Below, in pieces: positions 62,001 through 64,000 of a DNA stretch of 64,000 nucleotides. The notes below the pieces were generated by a model, which saw only the letters and a list, made by a program, of their open reading frames with translations, was not told the origin of the DNA and did not search any database. Source of the DNA: Hormiphora californensis (lineage: Eukaryota; Animalia; Ctenophora); the NCBI GenBank assembly GCA_020137815.1, contig CM035362.1, positions 4,526,001-4,590,000 on the forward strand, given 5' to 3'. Made by a program: the position numbers and the translations under genes. The number at the start of each line of letters is the position of its first letter. Position 1 is the stretch's first letter.

Positions 62001-63491
62001 AGGACAGTATTTTGTGAGACAAACAAATTAATATTATTTAGTTTGTCTCACACTAAATAATACCTCCCCCTCCCTCTCAGGTAACTCCACACTAAATAAT
62101 ACCTCCCCCTCCCTCCCAGGTAACTTCCAGTGGCTCTACCAAGACGAGGAGTGTACCACTTGTACACCCACCAACACACCCAAATCCTCAACACTCGTTG
62201 TGAGTGTGTCAGATTCAACCGCTGGATCTTGGAGGTATGACATTGTCACGTGTTATAACATAATCAATTGCTTGGTAATGAAATTACCCCTCTGTTATTA
62301 TTGCTCATGGATGCAATAAAAGGGGTGACTTCGTAACCAAATCAATTGCACTCTACTACAGCTGTTATTATAGTGGTGAAGCTCTACCCCACATACCCCA
62401 GCAGATCTAACATTCCAACCATCCACTCTTACCTACTTATAATACCGCCTCTATTATAACTCTCGTGTTACCCTCTACAACTCTCGTGTTTCCCTCTACA
62501 ACTCTCGTGTTTCCCTCTACAACTCTCGTGTTCCCCTCTACAACTCTCGTGTTCCCCTCTACAACTCTCGTGTTCCCCTCTACAACTCTCGTGTTCCCCT
62601 CTACAACTCTCGTGTTCCCCTCTACAACTCTCGTGTTCCCCTCTACAACTCTCGTGTTCCCCTCTACAACTCTCGTGTTCCCCTCTACAACTCTCGTGTT
62701 CCCCTCTACAACTCTCGTGTTCCCCTCTACAACTCTCGTGTTCCCCTCTACAACTCTCGTGTTCCCCTCTACAACTCTCGTGTTCCCCTCTACAACTCTC
62801 GTGTTCCCCTCTACAACTCGTGCTTCTCTCTCTAGATGCGGGTATACCCGAACTAGTAACAGCAAGAACATTAGAAGTACAACGGTCGATATAGAAAGTG
62901 TGGCGGTTGAGGGCAGCATATCGGATACCTCCCTTTGGGCATCCAGTGGATCTACCTCTAGCACCACGTGCACTGTCCCGGATGGGCTTACCTACTCCAC
63001 CCTCGATTCTATCAGGTAGGAAGTGTCCTAGTAGTAGTAGTGCGGCCATTTCTGGTGAAAATGGGCCCATCTACGGCCATTAACGCGCCCATTTTCAACA
63101 ATATGCGCCCATTGATTGAGAGAGATATAGAGCTGTGGAGAAAGAGATAGAAAGTTGTCAAAACTTTCTAGATAGATAGTTCTTGATAGAAAGTTGGGAC
63201 AGCTGCCTAATATGACCTATTACATAGTATACTTTAGACACTCTGATACATGACACTATTGATACATGACACCCTGCATTACAGGTGGAAGATTGACGGT
63301 AAAATAGTCAGCTCAGATGGCACAGGCTACAACTCTGATAACGGTGTTTTTGAGATCTCCATCACCAACACCACCAGCGATGGAGCCGAGACCGCCACCT
63401 CCACTACCTCTTTCCAACATTCTATCAGCGCGTTTGGAAGTCTGTCCTGTGTTGCGAGTTATAGCTCTGGAGAGACTGTTGAGACTGAAGG
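50093..63491 (+). CDS. Multi-exon tandem Ig-like domain region (continuation of the upstream gene or a second gene; runs off the window)
   Basis: Mostly phase-1 exons, e.g. 50093-50365 (GTLTCSL..ISWSD..YTCTV), 53601-53876 (ATLTCTV..ITWEKNG..DGVYTCKV), 55416-55553, 56071-56340, 61194-61496 (ATLSCSV..LKWMQG..TYTCRV), 62836-63015, 63285-63491. Confidence 0.8.
51545..51725 (+). repeat. C-rich CTCTAAACACCCCC tandem array before an acceptor (similar arrays at 56440-56625 and 61540-61760)
   Basis: Direct observation; each array ends at a functional acceptor AG. Confidence 0.85.
54558..55432 (+). repeat. ~40-50-bp tandem array of a 3' splice junction, ~18-19 copies
   Basis: Unit CTCTAACACCCTCCCCCCCCAG|CGGTGTCAAGTACCTCTATT; the last copy (AG 55414-55415) reads VSSTSAQVAVGAKAVLSCEL. 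Confidence 0.92.
57887..59211. mobile_element. 1.3-kb non-autonomous hAT element
   Basis: 8-bp TSD CTAACAAC (57879-57886, 59212-59219); TIR CAGGAA(A/G)CGACCGAA; subterminal (AACCG)n; internal direct and inverted repeats. Confidence 0.88.
59733..61010. mobile_element. 1.28-kb near-perfect foldback palindrome, TTAA TSD, GG termini (Kolobok-like)
   Basis: TTAA|GGGTACACCTCGGCAAAA...TTTTGCCGAGGTGTACCC|TTAA; arms ~625 bp, ~25-bp spacer at ~60360-60385; mirror ORFs 59988/60522. Confidence 0.85.
61035..61132. mobile_element. MITE of the CAGTCGGAC family
   Basis: TA|CAGTCGGACCCCGATTTAGGG...CCCTAAATCGGGGTCCGACTG|TA; internally deleted relative to the 1101-1271 copy. Confidence 0.85.
62455..62822. repeat. 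21-bp minisatellite (CTCTACAACTCTCGTGTTCCC)n, ~17 copies, abutting an acceptor
   Basis: Near-perfect copies ending ~13 nt before TAG|ATGCGGG (62835). Confidence 0.95.
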
Positions 63492-63494
63492 GTA

Positions 63495-64000
63495 GGTTGT
63501 AACATTGGGTGTAACAGGGTGGTAGTACATGGTAGGGGTGGGTGATGGGGTGTAACATTGGGTGTAACAGGGTGGTAGTACATGGTAGGGGTGGGTGATG
63601 GGGTGTAACATTGGGTGTAACAGGGTGGTAGTACATGGTAGGGGTGGGTGATGGGATGTAACATTGGGTGTTGGGATGTAACATTGGGTGTTGGGATGTA
63701 ACATTGGGTGATGGGATGTAACATTGGGTGATGGGATGTAACATTGGGTGTTGGGATGTAACATCGGGTGATGTGATGTAACATTGGGTGATGGGATGTA
63801 ACATTGGGTGATGGGCTGTAACATTGGGTGATGACTGATGGGATGTAACATTGGGTGGTAGTACATGGTAACAGGGTAGGGATGGGATGTAACATTGGGT
63901 GTAACAGGGTGGTAGTACATGGTAGGGGTGGGTGATGGGGTAGGTGATGGGGTGTAACATTGGGTGTAACAGGGTGGTAATACATGGTAGGGGTGGGTGA
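63495..64000. repeat. G-rich compound minisatellite (TGTAACATTGGGTG(A/T)TGGGA) starting at a donor
   Basis: 20-bp and ~53-bp nested periodicities directly after GAAG|GTAGG. Confidence 0.9.

Noticed and set aside
62437-63985. Long repetitive ORFs (VVEGNTR, FPSTTLV, HPMLHPIT)
   Set aside because: Stop-free minisatellites in introns; the real exon starts at the AG at 62835.

Overview
Eukaryotic, intron-rich animal genomic DNA. The gene families, the CAGGAACCGACCGA-ended mini-transposon and one recurrent extracellular domain resemble what I recall from ctenophore (Pleurobrachia-like) genomes; this is inference, not verified. Contents: (1) an intronless LDLa-repeat + 7TM (GRL101/LGR-type, no LRR) GPCR gene at ~1.6-4.9 kb, bracketed by inverted copies of a short repeat; (2) a very large + strand multi-exon gene (or two tandem genes) of Ig-like domains from ~12.6 kb to the window end, whose first ~24 kb is an intragenic tandem duplication (halves A and B); (3) an intronless PIM-like kinase nested on the same strand in one intron of half A only; (4) many non-autonomous DNA transposons, long foldback palindromes and micro/minisatellites. 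The most striking feature is that splice junctions are themselves tandemly duplicated at roughly 20 sites. Acceptor arrays of up to 15-19 copies have only the last copy leading into the real exon, donor arrays have only the first copy real, and several introns present in only one duplicated half carry direct-repeat junctions. Together these suggest ongoing junction-duplication-driven intron growth or gain. Exon coordinates were inferred by eye from GT/AG and reading frame. Several single-base frameshifts in homopolymers look like assembly errors.
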